A stretch of 58,082 nt of DNA, taken from positions 1 to 58,082 of the IMG/VR virus record IMGVR_UViG_3300048856_000104; one strand, given 5' to 3'. Positions 17,541 through 26,110 of this stretch are shown in pieces. Position 1 is the first letter of the stretch; every line of letters starts with the position of its first letter. The notes under the pieces are model-generated. The model was given only the letters and a program-made list of their open reading frames with translations, was not told where the DNA came from and ran no database searches. Source of the DNA: a virus. Taxonomy: Duplodnaviria; Caudoviricetes. The position numbers were made by a program, and so were the translations under genes.

Positions 17541-18449
17541 ATGCTCTGGAGAATAATCGCTCTGTACGATGAAATAAAGCTGCGAAGTAATAATCCGTCC
17601 TTTCTGGTGAAGATTCGATCTCTTAGGCCCATTATAAAAAATTCTTTCCTTATGGCTCTAAGTTCAATTGTTATACTTGATATTATCTTACCTGAATTTT
17701 TGAAGATTAATGGTACTTGGGAACGGGCTGAAGGCTTCTATTTGAAGGTTTGTTACTCGATAGTCGCTTCGACTATATTCTTTTATTTCAACCAACATTT
17801 ACCGAAAATGGATAAAAAGATAAGCTCATATTATTTTGAAGTGAGTAATATTAATAGAATAGTAGCTGAGTTAAAAGATATTTTGGTTAGAATCACAGAA
17901 GTAGGAAAGGATGGAGTGGATCCAGAGCAACTCTACTCTGATTGTTGTTCATTATATCCAGAAAAGCCTCCTTTGGCATTGGATTCCGATGACAGAACCT
18001 TCATATCCTGGGTTGCATTTCTTGAATATAAAAGTTATATTCTAAAAGGTATAGTCAGAGATTTGCTACCACTACATGAATCAATAAATCCGCTTATACT
18101 CGAGTGCTTACTCGGCATTGAAAATGTTTGTAATGAGATTAAAGAGGTGAAGCAAAACCCAGCAGAGCCAGACCCTCTGTATATTTATTTAGATAGTTTT
18201 CGCCTCTTAAATAGATATATGGTTGAACTTAAAAAATATAGCATCACTAAGTACGCCGACGTTGCATCAATTAATAACTATAGAAACCTAGTAAATGAAG
18301 TTAAACTCATTTTTCCCGCTGCTTACGCTTATAAAACTCGACGCCCGGATGTTACTTTTAACCGTGGTTTTTTAAAGAGAGCAGTAATTGTATTTGTGTT
18401 GACATTCTACATTCTGCAATACATGTTTATAAAGAGTCGATCAGCATAA
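17541..18449 (+). CDS. Membrane hypothetical protein (moron)
   Basis: AT-rich; TM segments; followed by a terminator. Confidence 0.65.
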   Translation: MLWRIIALYDEIKLRSNNPSFLVKIRSLRPIIKNSFLMALSSIVILDIILPEFLKINGTWERAEGFYLKVCYSIVASTIFFYFNQHLPKMDKKISSYYFEVSNINRIVAELKDILVRITEVGKDGVDPEQLYSDCCSLYPEKPPLALDSDDRTFISWVAFLEYKSYILKGIVRDLLPLHESINPLILECLLGIENVCNEIKEVKQNPAEPDPLYIYLDSFRLLNRYMVELKKYSITKYADVASINNYRNLVNEVKLIFPAAYAYKTRRPDVTFNRGFLKRAVIVFVLTFYILQYMFIKSRSA

Positions 18450-18480
18450 AAAAAAGCCCCTCATTTCTGAGAGGCTTTTT
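18448..18480. terminator. Bidirectional intrinsic terminator
   Basis: AAAAAGCCCCTCA-TTTC-TGAGAGGCTTTTT between convergent genes. Confidence 0.75.
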
Positions 18481-18493
18481 ATCGAGTTAAGAT

Positions 18494-19243
18494 CTATTTA
18501 GCTAGCTTATATCGGAATCCTGCAAACGATATTTCAAATGGGCCTACTGGAGGCGGCGCTAAAGACCAAGTTGGTTCAAAAGTTATCCGAACTTCATCAA
18601 ACTCATTTGTTTTGGTAGCGTCCACACCCCATATATGGACACCACCAGGGTTGCCAAATAAAATATCAAATCCACCACCACTGCCATTTAAATACCTGGT
18701 GCCTCCGGCTTCAGGTACTCTTTTGTTTAGCTTGGAATTCCAAAAACTTACATTTACTCCCAGTTTAGTACCCTTGTATGGGGAATAAACCTCAAGACCA
18801 AACCCAGTCACCATCTTAGACATTTTTATAATAAATATATGATCGGAACTATTTACTGATACAATAGGCGGGTGTGAATCTGTTACGCGTGGCACAACAG
18901 CCCATAAAGCCGTCTTCTCGTGAGTCTTTAGAGCTTTGCTCTCAAAGTATAGTGCTAAATCTTGATTGCAAACTGAATCCAGCAGGCTACCATTTTTGTA
19001 CTTTTCCATGCTCAGTGGCTTTAACTTAAGGTAGTTTTCGGTAGCTCGGCCAAAAGTACTTATCGAATCATTGTAATGGTAATTCTCGCCGGTGACAACC
19101 TCATAATAGCCGAAGTTTCCTGGATCCAATGGATGTGCCATTGACTTTACTGGCTTAAGGTCAACCTGCTCTTCTTTAGAACACGAGCTTAATGTCGCAA
19201 GTAGACCCACTGCGACAAGAACGTTAATGAAATGCTTTTTCAT
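18494..19243 (-). CDS. Lipoprotein (moron)
   Basis: MKK-hydrophobic-LSSC lipobox followed by SKEE. Confidence 0.8.
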   Translation of the reverse strand: MKKHFINVLVAVGLLATLSSCSKEEQVDLKPVKSMAHPLDPGNFGYYEVVTGENYHYNDSISTFGRATENYLKLKPLSMEKYKNGSLLDSVCNQDLALYFESKALKTHEKTALWAVVPRVTDSHPPIVSVNSSDHIFIIKMSKMVTGFGLEVYSPYKGTKLGVNVSFWNSKLNKRVPEAGGTRYLNGSGGGFDILFGNPGGVHIWGVDATKTNEFDEVRITFEPTWSLAPPPVGPFEISFAGFRYKLAK

Positions 19244-19391
19244 GTATACTTTGGTTTTTGATGCAGCGAAAATAGCGGATAATCAGGTGATTAATGTGCC
19301 TTGTAAACTGTTGTTACTTTGAATGTAACCTGTGGTGTAAAGCGGGAAAATAAGCGAGAAAGAGGTACCTGATTGAGGAGTTGCAGGTATG

Positions 19392-19452
19392 TAAAAAGAA
19401 AAGGGCAACCAATGCTGGCTACCCAATCCCTTACGCTCTCACGACAAATGTA
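19392..19452 (-). ncRNA. Putative short sRNA, GAGAGCG family copy A
   Basis: TACATTTG promoter, TGAGAGCGT, GGGTAGCC/GGTTGCCC hairpin, T-run; paralog at 23665-23730. Confidence 0.6.
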
Positions 19453-19538
19453 GCTCAATCTAAGTTATTGGCAAGTCGCTAAGCTTGTTTGTGTAAGAAG
19501 ATGTGAACATTTGTTCGACAACATGAGATTAAAATAAT

Positions 19539-19579
19539 TTAATGAGTTATTGACATATTGCGAATAATATTTATATTTG
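19539..19579 (+). promoter_or_regulatory. Palindromic operator, copy 2, with promoter
   Basis: TTAATG-agttattga-CATATT-GCGAATA, then TATATTTG at 19572. Confidence 0.7.
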
Positions 19580-19584
19580 ATCTA

Positions 19585-19725
19585 TACGAAGGACGCGGCC
19601 ACGTCAAATAAGATCTTGAATGTCTTTGGAGTGATGCTGGCCGGCTGAACTTCAAGGACATTTCTCATTTAAAGACCTTACATACACACAAACGACCCAG
19701 CCTGCTATGAGAATAGCGGGCTTTT
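19585..19725 (+). ncRNA. Putative loop-loop structured sRNA or leader ending in a terminator
   Basis: GACG-CGGCCA-CGTC hairpin; 14-bp stem 19619-19632/19649-19662 with TGGCCG in its loop; terminator AGCCTGCTAT/ATAGCGGGCT-TTT. Confidence 0.6.
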
Positions 19726-19746
19726 AAAGCTAAAAACCTTTTCATT

Positions 19747-19854
19747 ATGGAACTATTGATCATTCTGATCGCAGTTATTGCTGTAGGCATAATCGCATCA
19801 ATCGAAGGCGTATGGCATGCCGGAGAAGTGGACTCTAACGATGTAAACTTCTAA
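19747..19854 (+). CDS. 35 aa single-TM peptide (absent from the ORF track)
   Basis: MELLIILIAVIAVGIIASIEGVWHAGEVDSNDVNF*. Confidence 0.55.
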   Translation: MELLIILIAVIAVGIIASIEGVWHAGEVDSNDVNF

Positions 19855-19856
19855 TT

Positions 19857-19976
19857 ATGGCAAGCATCGGACAACACGGATCAGGGCACAATGCACCTGC
19901 CTGGAAAATCATAACGATCATCATCATTGCGGTAATCATTTTCTCTCCAGTCGTTTACAAAGCATTTGTGGGGTAG
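19857..19976 (+). CDS. 39 aa single-TM peptide (absent from the ORF track)
   Basis: MASIGQHGSGHNAPAWKIITIIIIAVIIFSPVVYKAFVG*. Confidence 0.55.
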   Translation: MASIGQHGSGHNAPAWKIITIIIIAVIIFSPVVYKAFVG

Positions 19977-19980
19977 CGAT

Positions 19981-20208
19981 ATGGAATATAAAACAACCAT
20001 CAAACAGATCGAAGAAGTGATGATTCTGCAAATACGAGCATTGGATTCACGAGTTAGTGTAGAAGCAGCACGGGCGCTCCATCAACTTAAGCTGCACCTG
20101 ATCAACCAGCATCAAAACGAGCAGCTGGTTAAACATGCTGAAAACCTAGTTCGACCAAATCTTTTAATCCGAATTATTGACTGCATTAAGACCCCATTTA
20201 CATCATGA
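19981..20208 (+). CDS. Hypothetical protein
   Basis: ATG at 19981; stop overlaps the next ATG. Confidence 0.55.
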   Translation: MEYKTTIKQIEEVMILQIRALDSRVSVEAARALHQLKLHLINQHQNEQLVKHAENLVRPNLLIRIIDCIKTPFTS

Positions 20209-20441
20209 AAAGATTATTGATTCTCTGCACCATCGTATTTGCATTTGGCTACGTTAGCGGATGCATCAAGAACCACACGCTCTATTTTTCAGAATGGGGT
20301 TACAACAGCCAGAAGTACGTATCCATCTGGTGGATAATCATGGGTGGCTCGGTTACGCTCTTCTGCGCTGCTAGTTACTTCATAGACAAGCTGATGGATG
20401 ACCACCAGGAAGAGAAAGAGGCTTATAAGGAAAATTACTAA
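20205..20441 (+). CDS. Small membrane protein
   Basis: Two hydrophobic segments. Confidence 0.6.
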   Translation: MKRLLILCTIVFAFGYVSGCIKNHTLYFSEWGYNSQKYVSIWWIIMGGSVTLFCAASYFIDKLMDDHQEEKEAYKENY

Positions 20442-20480
20442 CAACAATCAAACACTTAACGCAATGGATTATGGACTAGC

Positions 20481-20732
20481 TCAAAGCTGAACGAAGCTTT
20501 CTTCAAACAAGATCTCATCCATTCTATCCAGATGTTCTTGAAAGTCGGAACTTTTATTAGAAACAACCTTGTTTTTGAAGTCAACTATGCATATCACATC
20601 TGCTTTCGCATTCTTTAATGAAGTTTCCAGGAGTAAAATGTCTTCATGTGTGCACCGGTCTTGAATTCTATAGCCCAAGTCCGGAGTATAATATATTATT
20701 CTTACCATGGGATGATTTTGGGTAAGAGCCAC
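20481..20732 (-). CDS. Small hypothetical protein (moron), similar to 30899..31114
   Basis: CIVDFKNK...DFQEHLD motif. Confidence 0.55.
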   Translation of the reverse strand: MALTQNHPMVRIIYYTPDLGYRIQDRCTHEDILLLETSLKNAKADVICIVDFKNKVVSNKSSDFQEHLDRMDEILFEESFVQL

Positions 20733-20845
20733 AAAAAATATGCGAAGGTTGTCTATGTAAATACGGATTTAAACAAGTGAAAACACCTGATAAAAAATGC
20801 ACTTAATTCAAAATTTCCAGATTAACCCGCATTGTAATTATTGAT

Positions 20846-21025
20846 ATGAAAACAATCTACAGACTGCTTTACTTGCTACTATCGCTAATCGGAGCTATCC
20901 TGTTCTTCTTGCTGATATTTGCAGATCCATTCATATGGGCATTCACAGGCAAGTCACCAGCATGCCGGTTCATTGATCGTTACTTCAACTGGGTGGGTAG
21001 ATGGAAGAAAGCGAGGCGAATATGA
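20846..21025 (+). CDS. 59 aa membrane peptide (absent from the ORF track)
   Basis: MKTIYRLLYLLLSLIGAILFFLLIFADPFIW...*. Confidence 0.55.
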   Translation: MKTIYRLLYLLLSLIGAILFFLLIFADPFIWAFTGKSPACRFIDRYFNWVGRWKKARRI

Positions 21026-21162
21026 ACGAGGGCTTAGAGGCAGTCATTTCAAAATGGTTTGACGGCCTTGAATGGGGGAGTAAAGAGCCTGAGCAGCTTG
21101 ATCTGTTTAGTAGTAAACGGGGGCCCACTGATTTTAGCCCCCGTAAGTCCCAAGAACTATAA
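21022..21162 (+). CDS. 46 aa peptide with a QLDLF motif (absent from the ORF track)
   Basis: ATGA overlap with the previous ORF; MNEGLEAV...EQLDLFSS...*. Confidence 0.5.
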   Translation: MNEGLEAVISKWFDGLEWGSKEPEQLDLFSSKRGPTDFSPRKSQEL

Positions 21163-21469
21163 ATTGAAACGCTAGTTGACCTATAGTCCTAATCCAGCCA
21201 TCCGGCTTTCTACTAGCAAGATAATCAGTGAACTACAAAAACCTAAAATAAATTTTAAAATAAATCTAACCAACAATGTTACAAACTTATCAAACCGCCC
21301 AGCAACCAGCACGAACAACCAAGGTGAAGATGGTGACTTACTTACTATAAAACAAAAGCGGAACCCATCCAGATGCCGCTCTTGTAAAGAGTAGATAATT
21401 GAAGTAAAGTGTATCATAAATCACACGCAAGATATCAGCACTATATGATGCTAAATTGAAATCAATAAC

Positions 21470-21919
21470 ATGAAAACGTTAACAATTAAGAACCCGTGGG
21501 CACTACTTATTGCTTCAGGGATTAAGCCAATCGAAAATCGCACTTGGAGAACTAAGTTCAGAGGAAGAATTTACATTCATGCTGGACAATCGTTAGCCTG
21601 TAAGCCGACCGGCCTGAAAAATCTTTTGACGCTTGGTCAGTTCAGCATTGTGAACACATATGAGGTCTACAGGCAGGTGCTTGGGCTTGGATTTAAGAAG
21701 TCTTGCATCATCGGCGAAGTTGACATTGTTGATTGCGTGCTCAATCATCCGAGCGTATGGGCTGAACAGATGGCTTATGACGTATGTCCTGAAACAGGCA
21801 TTCATATCCTGCGGAAAGGCCAACCATACCTCTGGAACTGGGTGCTTGCCAACCCGGTGCTTTATGACAAGCCGATCGAGAATGTAAAAGGGAAACTTAG
21901 TTTTTGGGAGTATCCCTGA
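21470..21919 (+). CDS. ASCH-domain protein
   Basis: MKTLTIKNPWA...GIKPIENRTW...RGRIYIHA...KGKLSFW. Confidence 0.9.
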   Translation: MKTLTIKNPWALLIASGIKPIENRTWRTKFRGRIYIHAGQSLACKPTGLKNLLTLGQFSIVNTYEVYRQVLGLGFKKSCIIGEVDIVDCVLNHPSVWAEQMAYDVCPETGIHILRKGQPYLWNWVLANPVLYDKPIENVKGKLSFWEYP

Positions 21920-22211
21920 AATTATATGTGAAGTGCGCGCATAATGATGACAACGCGTCTACAATATCGTCCTTAAACGAGGAAAGATCATTACCCTTCA
22001 TGAGGTTACGTTCATTACTATCTGATATATATTGAATTTTTTTATCAAGCTCACTCATCCAGTTACCCGAATCATACAGTGGCCGGTCCCAATCGTGTTT
22101 GTAGAAAGCTTGAGCGGCAAACGCAATTGTCAGCAAGTCAAGCTTAGTTGTACTTGTACGAGCGTTCTTGGTAAAGTTTTCGCAAATGTTTATAAGTTCC
22201 TGGTCAGTCAT
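21897..22211 (-). CDS. Hypothetical protein (moron)
   Basis: Opposite strand with an upstream TATCTTTTG. Confidence 0.6.
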   Translation of the reverse strand: MTDQELINICENFTKNARTSTTKLDLLTIAFAAQAFYKHDWDRPLYDSGNWMSELDKKIQYISDSNERNLMKGNDLSSFKDDIVDALSSLCAHFTYNFRDTPKN

Positions 22212-22259
22212 GGTTCCTAAATCTTGTGTCAGTTCTTTTCCAAAAGATAATTAATTAAA

Positions 22260-22793
22260 ATGAAGTCAGCAACTTTACTAAAAGCTGTTTACAAAGATTG
22301 CCTTGAGCGTGGCTATGTCGCCGATGGTGACATGCTGTACCCTCCGAATCATCCGGCTGCCATCGCCATTAAGGAAAGAGCATCCAAGCGAAAGCCGCGA
22401 ACCACGCATGTTAAGACAGGCTGGATTGACGACACTCGCAACATCAAGAATAAAGAGAAGCGAGATATGTTCGTTATGCTGCTTGAGAAAGAGTTAGGAG
22501 TGGAGGTATGGCCGGAGTTTTACTTTAGCACTGAAAGGCTGTACCGGTTTGATTATGCTATCCCCTTAAACCCATCGAATTCGGGTAGTTTGAAAATAGC
22601 GATCGAACAGGAGGGGGGTATATGGGCCAAAGGCAACAGCGGCCATTCATCTGGTACCGGCATTCAGCGTGACATGGATAAGAATAACCTGGCTATTGCT
22701 CAAGGATGGGTGATCATCCGCAGAACACCTGATCAGATGATGACGAGTGAAACAATTGAATTGATTAGGTCAGTTATTGATCAAAAACTCTAA
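22260..22793 (+). CDS. Vsr/DUF559-like endonuclease
   Basis: EFYF..RLYRFDYA...IAIEQEGG...H...RDMDKNN...GW. Confidence 0.75.
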   Translation: MKSATLLKAVYKDCLERGYVADGDMLYPPNHPAAIAIKERASKRKPRTTHVKTGWIDDTRNIKNKEKRDMFVMLLEKELGVEVWPEFYFSTERLYRFDYAIPLNPSNSGSLKIAIEQEGGIWAKGNSGHSSGTGIQRDMDKNNLAIAQGWVIIRRTPDQMMTSETIELIRSVIDQKL

Positions 22794-22818
22794 TTTTAGG
22801 AAACCGAAACCAATTGTG

Positions 22819-23298
22819 ATGGATATACGAGAAGAATACATTAAAGAATATAGAGAACGACAAGAGAAGTATGTGTACTATATACTAGCTATACCAATTG
22901 CTGCAATCGGCTTCTCGGTTAACATCACTATGGACAGAAAGTGGTCACAAATTGATTTCGTATTAGCCACGGCGATATTCTTGTGGTTAATAAGTGTTCT
23001 TTACGGTATTCTCACAATTCAAAGGCTTGTTGGTTCAATTGCATCGAACATTGATATTATCGATATTCGATCAGGAATCCACCCCTTAACAGGTAATCAC
23101 CCACAAAAGATACAAGTTGGTTTAGAGACAATGCAAAACGAGCTTATCAAGCTCTCAAGTAAAAGCGGCAGGTTCATGAACCTTCAGAAAATGTCTTTAT
23201 ATCTGGGTGTGATCATGTTTTTGTTATGGCGACTTTTAGATATGCTGCCAGCACAAACAGTTGATAATATTGTACATTGGATTAGTATAAAACCTTAA
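22819..23298 (+). CDS. Multi-TM membrane protein (moron)
   Basis: Three hydrophobic helices. Confidence 0.65.
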   Translation: MDIREEYIKEYRERQEKYVYYILAIPIAAIGFSVNITMDRKWSQIDFVLATAIFLWLISVLYGILTIQRLVGSIASNIDIIDIRSGIHPLTGNHPQKIQVGLETMQNELIKLSSKSGRFMNLQKMSLYLGVIMFLLWRLLDMLPAQTVDNIVHWISIKP

Positions 23299-23306
23299 TT
23301 AGATAC

Positions 23307-23666
23307 ATGAACGCAAAAGAACTTAGATTAGGAAACTACCTACAGGGAGAGGATGGTCAAGTACATATCGTTGAATCCTTGAACAGCTACGGAGGTGAAG
23401 AAATAAATGAAGGTGGACCAGATGTGTATTATGAGCCGATACCTTTATCACAGGAATGGCTATTGAAGTTCGGCTTTAAAGATCACAGGATATTGCTGCC
23501 GGGCGATGGAGAGCTAGAGATAAGGCTTAAAGGTACGACTTTCCATATTTGGCCAAGCGATGGTCAAACTGAAAGCCACAATTATCGAAATATAGTCGAG
23601 TTCGTGCATCAACTTCAGAACCTCTACTTTGCGATAACTGGAGAAGAATTAAACGCAATTTCCTAA
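23307..23666 (+). CDS. Conserved-looking phage hypothetical protein
   Basis: ELRLGN...PIPL..EWLLKFGF...VHQLQNLYFAITGEEL. Confidence 0.7.
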   Translation: MNAKELRLGNYLQGEDGQVHIVESLNSYGGEEINEGGPDVYYEPIPLSQEWLLKFGFKDHRILLPGDGELEIRLKGTTFHIWPSDGQTESHNYRNIVEFVHQLQNLYFAITGEELNAIS

Positions 23667-23730
23667 AAAAAAGAAGAGGGCAACCTGTACAGGTTGCCCT
23701 AATCCAATTAACGCTCTCAAGACGAATATA
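23665..23730 (-). ncRNA. Putative short sRNA, GAGAGCG family copy B
   Basis: TATATTCG promoter-like element, TGAGAGCGT, AGGGCAACC/GGTTGCCCT hairpin, T-run. Confidence 0.55.
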
Positions 23731-23746
23731 GCAGATTTATACCAAA

Positions 23747-24391
23747 CTACTGCAAAAATTTTCCTCGAAAGGTCTGTTTGATCAATTCATATAAAAGTTT
23801 GGCGTTTTCTTGGGTAACTCCTAGTTGAATAACTATGCTTAGAATGATACCTACAAACAGATTTTGCCAGTCGAACTTATTCAGTTTTGTTGTCATCTCT
23901 AGAAGATGGTCCAGCTTACTGTTGATTGCATCTATTTGTTGAGACTGGAGCGGAATCGAACGAATATTGGCTTTAATGTAGTTGAATTTTACAGTTATAT
24001 CTAAATATTCCTCGTGGCTGAATTTATTACTAGACTCTTCAACTGATGTCATTAAATAGCTCGCCTCTGCGAGTATTCTGGCCCACTTATCTTCTATGGA
24101 CACCTCTCGTTCTAAGTATGTTAGCCATTTTTTAAATTCAAGGACCATTTCGGACCAATTGATTGCATATTCTTCGTTTACCGTGTCTTTAGCTGGCGAG
24201 TATCGCATGTAGAAATCACGGCTCGTAATACCGCTTTCGGAAATTGCAAAATGGTAATCTGTGTTTGGAAAATACAAGTTTAAGTTTTGACCATACTCTT
24301 CAACTTCAAAGTTAGATGGTGTAAAGTAGTTTGTTGAATTGATTAAGTCAAAGAGCGTGTTTTTCTGAGAGCGGAGTAAAATCATAATCAA
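23747..24391 (-). CDS. Hypothetical protein (moron)
   Basis: 214 aa AT-rich ORF on the opposite strand. Confidence 0.7.
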   Translation of the reverse strand: MIMILLRSQKNTLFDLINSTNYFTPSNFEVEEYGQNLNLYFPNTDYHFAISESGITSRDFYMRYSPAKDTVNEEYAINWSEMVLEFKKWLTYLEREVSIEDKWARILAEASYLMTSVEESSNKFSHEEYLDITVKFNYIKANIRSIPLQSQQIDAINSKLDHLLEMTTKLNKFDWQNLFVGIILSIVIQLGVTQENAKLLYELIKQTFRGKFLQ

Positions 24392-24444
24392 AATTTTTGT
24401 TAAGCAAGATATAATTCCATCTCTAGCCCGCCAAATAAATGTAG

Positions 24445-24485
24445 AATATGATATTACAACATATTGCGAATATTTCCTACCTTTA
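24445..24485 (+). promoter_or_regulatory. Palindromic operator, copy 3, with promoter
   Basis: AATATG-atattacaa-CATATT-GCGAATAT, then TACCTTTA at 24478. Confidence 0.7.
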
Positions 24486-24490
24486 ACCTA

Positions 24491-24961
24491 ATGAATGGAC
24501 GGTACGCTGCTTTAATGGTCAATGTCTTGCATAAAGAATACCCGGAAATCGCTTCGATCATTACTAAAAAGATCAACGATAGCCTGCCGGAATACTCTTT
24601 AACAGATCTTCAGTATATCGATCAGATCGTAACAAGCTTCAAAAAGGAAAAGGGGATCACCCATGATAAATGGACTAACACCGTAAAAGGAAACCCGAAA
24701 GGCAAGGTTACCGGCATAAGGGAAGAGATGGTTGCTGTAGTGCTGATGTTCTACCATCCTGAAAAGCTGATTCAATTGACGAAGGAACGAACCAGGCAAG
24801 GAGTGATTACGCAGCTGGCTAAGGTTACCGGAGCACCTAACGAGGTTCTATCCAAATCAGCAACGAACATACCGCTGAAGTTTCGGGCATACGTGGATTT
24901 TAGAAACGAAGTATATCGGCTCTATGAGCTGATCAAAGAAGAAAACCAATTTTTTAAATAA
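24491..24961 (+). CDS. Hypothetical protein
   Basis: ATG at 24491 directly after the promoter. Confidence 0.65.
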   Translation: MNGRYAALMVNVLHKEYPEIASIITKKINDSLPEYSLTDLQYIDQIVTSFKKEKGITHDKWTNTVKGNPKGKVTGIREEMVAVVLMFYHPEKLIQLTKERTRQGVITQLAKVTGAPNEVLSKSATNIPLKFRAYVDFRNEVYRLYELIKEENQFFK

Positions 24962-25170
24962 TGGCAAAGCAAACTAAATCCAAATTCCCGGTCGATCGGG
25001 AAAAGCAAAGTGAGGCGTTCAAGAACGGCCTTGTAAGTGTAAACATTTACAGTACTGATCCAGGAATAAATATCGTCATCAAAGGCGATTACTCTGAAGC
25101 GGTACATACAGATCTGCATAACGCAGTAGATGATGTGCTGAAATTCCACGAAGCTAAAGATCTTAAATAA
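24961..25170 (+). CDS. Hypothetical protein
   Basis: TAATG coupling on both sides. Confidence 0.6.
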   Translation: MAKQTKSKFPVDREKQSEAFKNGLVSVNIYSTDPGINIVIKGDYSEAVHTDLHNAVDDVLKFHEAKDLK

Positions 25171-25541
25171 TGAAACAGTTAAAATTTGCGGTACTGATGA
25201 TTGGTCTCATGATCACGTCATCACTTTGCTCCATCCATGCAAAGGCACAGGAAAAAACGGATATTGAGGTAGTGGCAGTGAATCCAGTATTCACAGGTGA
25301 GGAAAAGAACTTGACAGACAGTCTTTTGTCTGTTGGAAAGGCTTTGACTGATCCCGCGTTGAAAGCTACGGTTATCGATGCGGTAAATGTCATTAGGGCC
25401 ACGCCCCAGCATGGTGGTATAGATGATTGGTATGCCTGGATCATTGCAGCGGCCGGCGCGATCTTCGGAGTTTATCAGTACGTGAAGCGAGCGCTAAGTA
25501 AAAAAGAACCCGAACCTACACCCAGGGGCTTTCCATTATAA
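25170..25541 (+). CDS. Exported or membrane protein
   Basis: Signal-peptide-like N-terminus (AKA-Q) and a C-terminal TM. Confidence 0.65.
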   Translation: MKQLKFAVLMIGLMITSSLCSIHAKAQEKTDIEVVAVNPVFTGEEKNLTDSLLSVGKALTDPALKATVIDAVNVIRATPQHGGIDDWYAWIIAAAGAIFGVYQYVKRALSKKEPEPTPRGFPL

Positions 25542-25597
25542 CTTAAAGATATTTTTAAGTCCTGCAGAGTGGGAATCCACGAAGTTGCAGGCATAAC

Positions 25598-25628
25598 AAA
25601 AAAAGCTTCGTTGATTCGAGGCTTTTTT
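25598..25628. terminator. Intrinsic terminator
   Basis: AAAAAAGCTTCG-TTGATT-CGAGGCTTTTTT. Confidence 0.75.
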
Positions 25629-25684
25629 AATGTTTGTGTGTGCTAAAAATATTAGTAATATTGCGACAAGAAAGGAGGTTTGGT

Positions 25685-26011
25685 ATGCTAGACGATTTGA
25701 AGGATAAAAACAGCGAGGCTTATAAGGCAAAGCTGAAGATTGCGCTCAAGGCATTCGAGACAGGATCCTTGATTGTGTCTACCGAAACTCAAAAGTGGTA
25801 CACGCCTCGTGAATTCATGGAGTGCAACGAAAGGGTGCAAGTCAAAACGTATGGCATGCAGGAGTATTCAAACTTTACGCTCCATTATGCCCAAAATGCA
25901 ATAAAGAAAAAACTTGAAGATCTACATCGAGCACAGGCGGAATTTGACGCTATCGTCGAGAAGGTGCTCACCGCTTTTGAACTCCATCCTAAAAAGGCGA
26001 TGAAGAAATAA
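25685..26011 (+). CDS. Hypothetical protein
   Basis: Likely start at MLDDLK. Confidence 0.6.
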   Translation: MLDDLKDKNSEAYKAKLKIALKAFETGSLIVSTETQKWYTPREFMECNERVQVKTYGMQEYSNFTLHYAQNAIKKKLEDLHRAQAEFDAIVEKVLTAFELHPKKAMKK

Positions 26012-26110
26012 TGCTAAAATTGACTCTGCCTCGGGCAGATTACCTTTAAAAACGTTTGGACAATAGTCGATTAAATCATTAAATTCATTCGTAATCAACT
26101 TGATAGGTTT

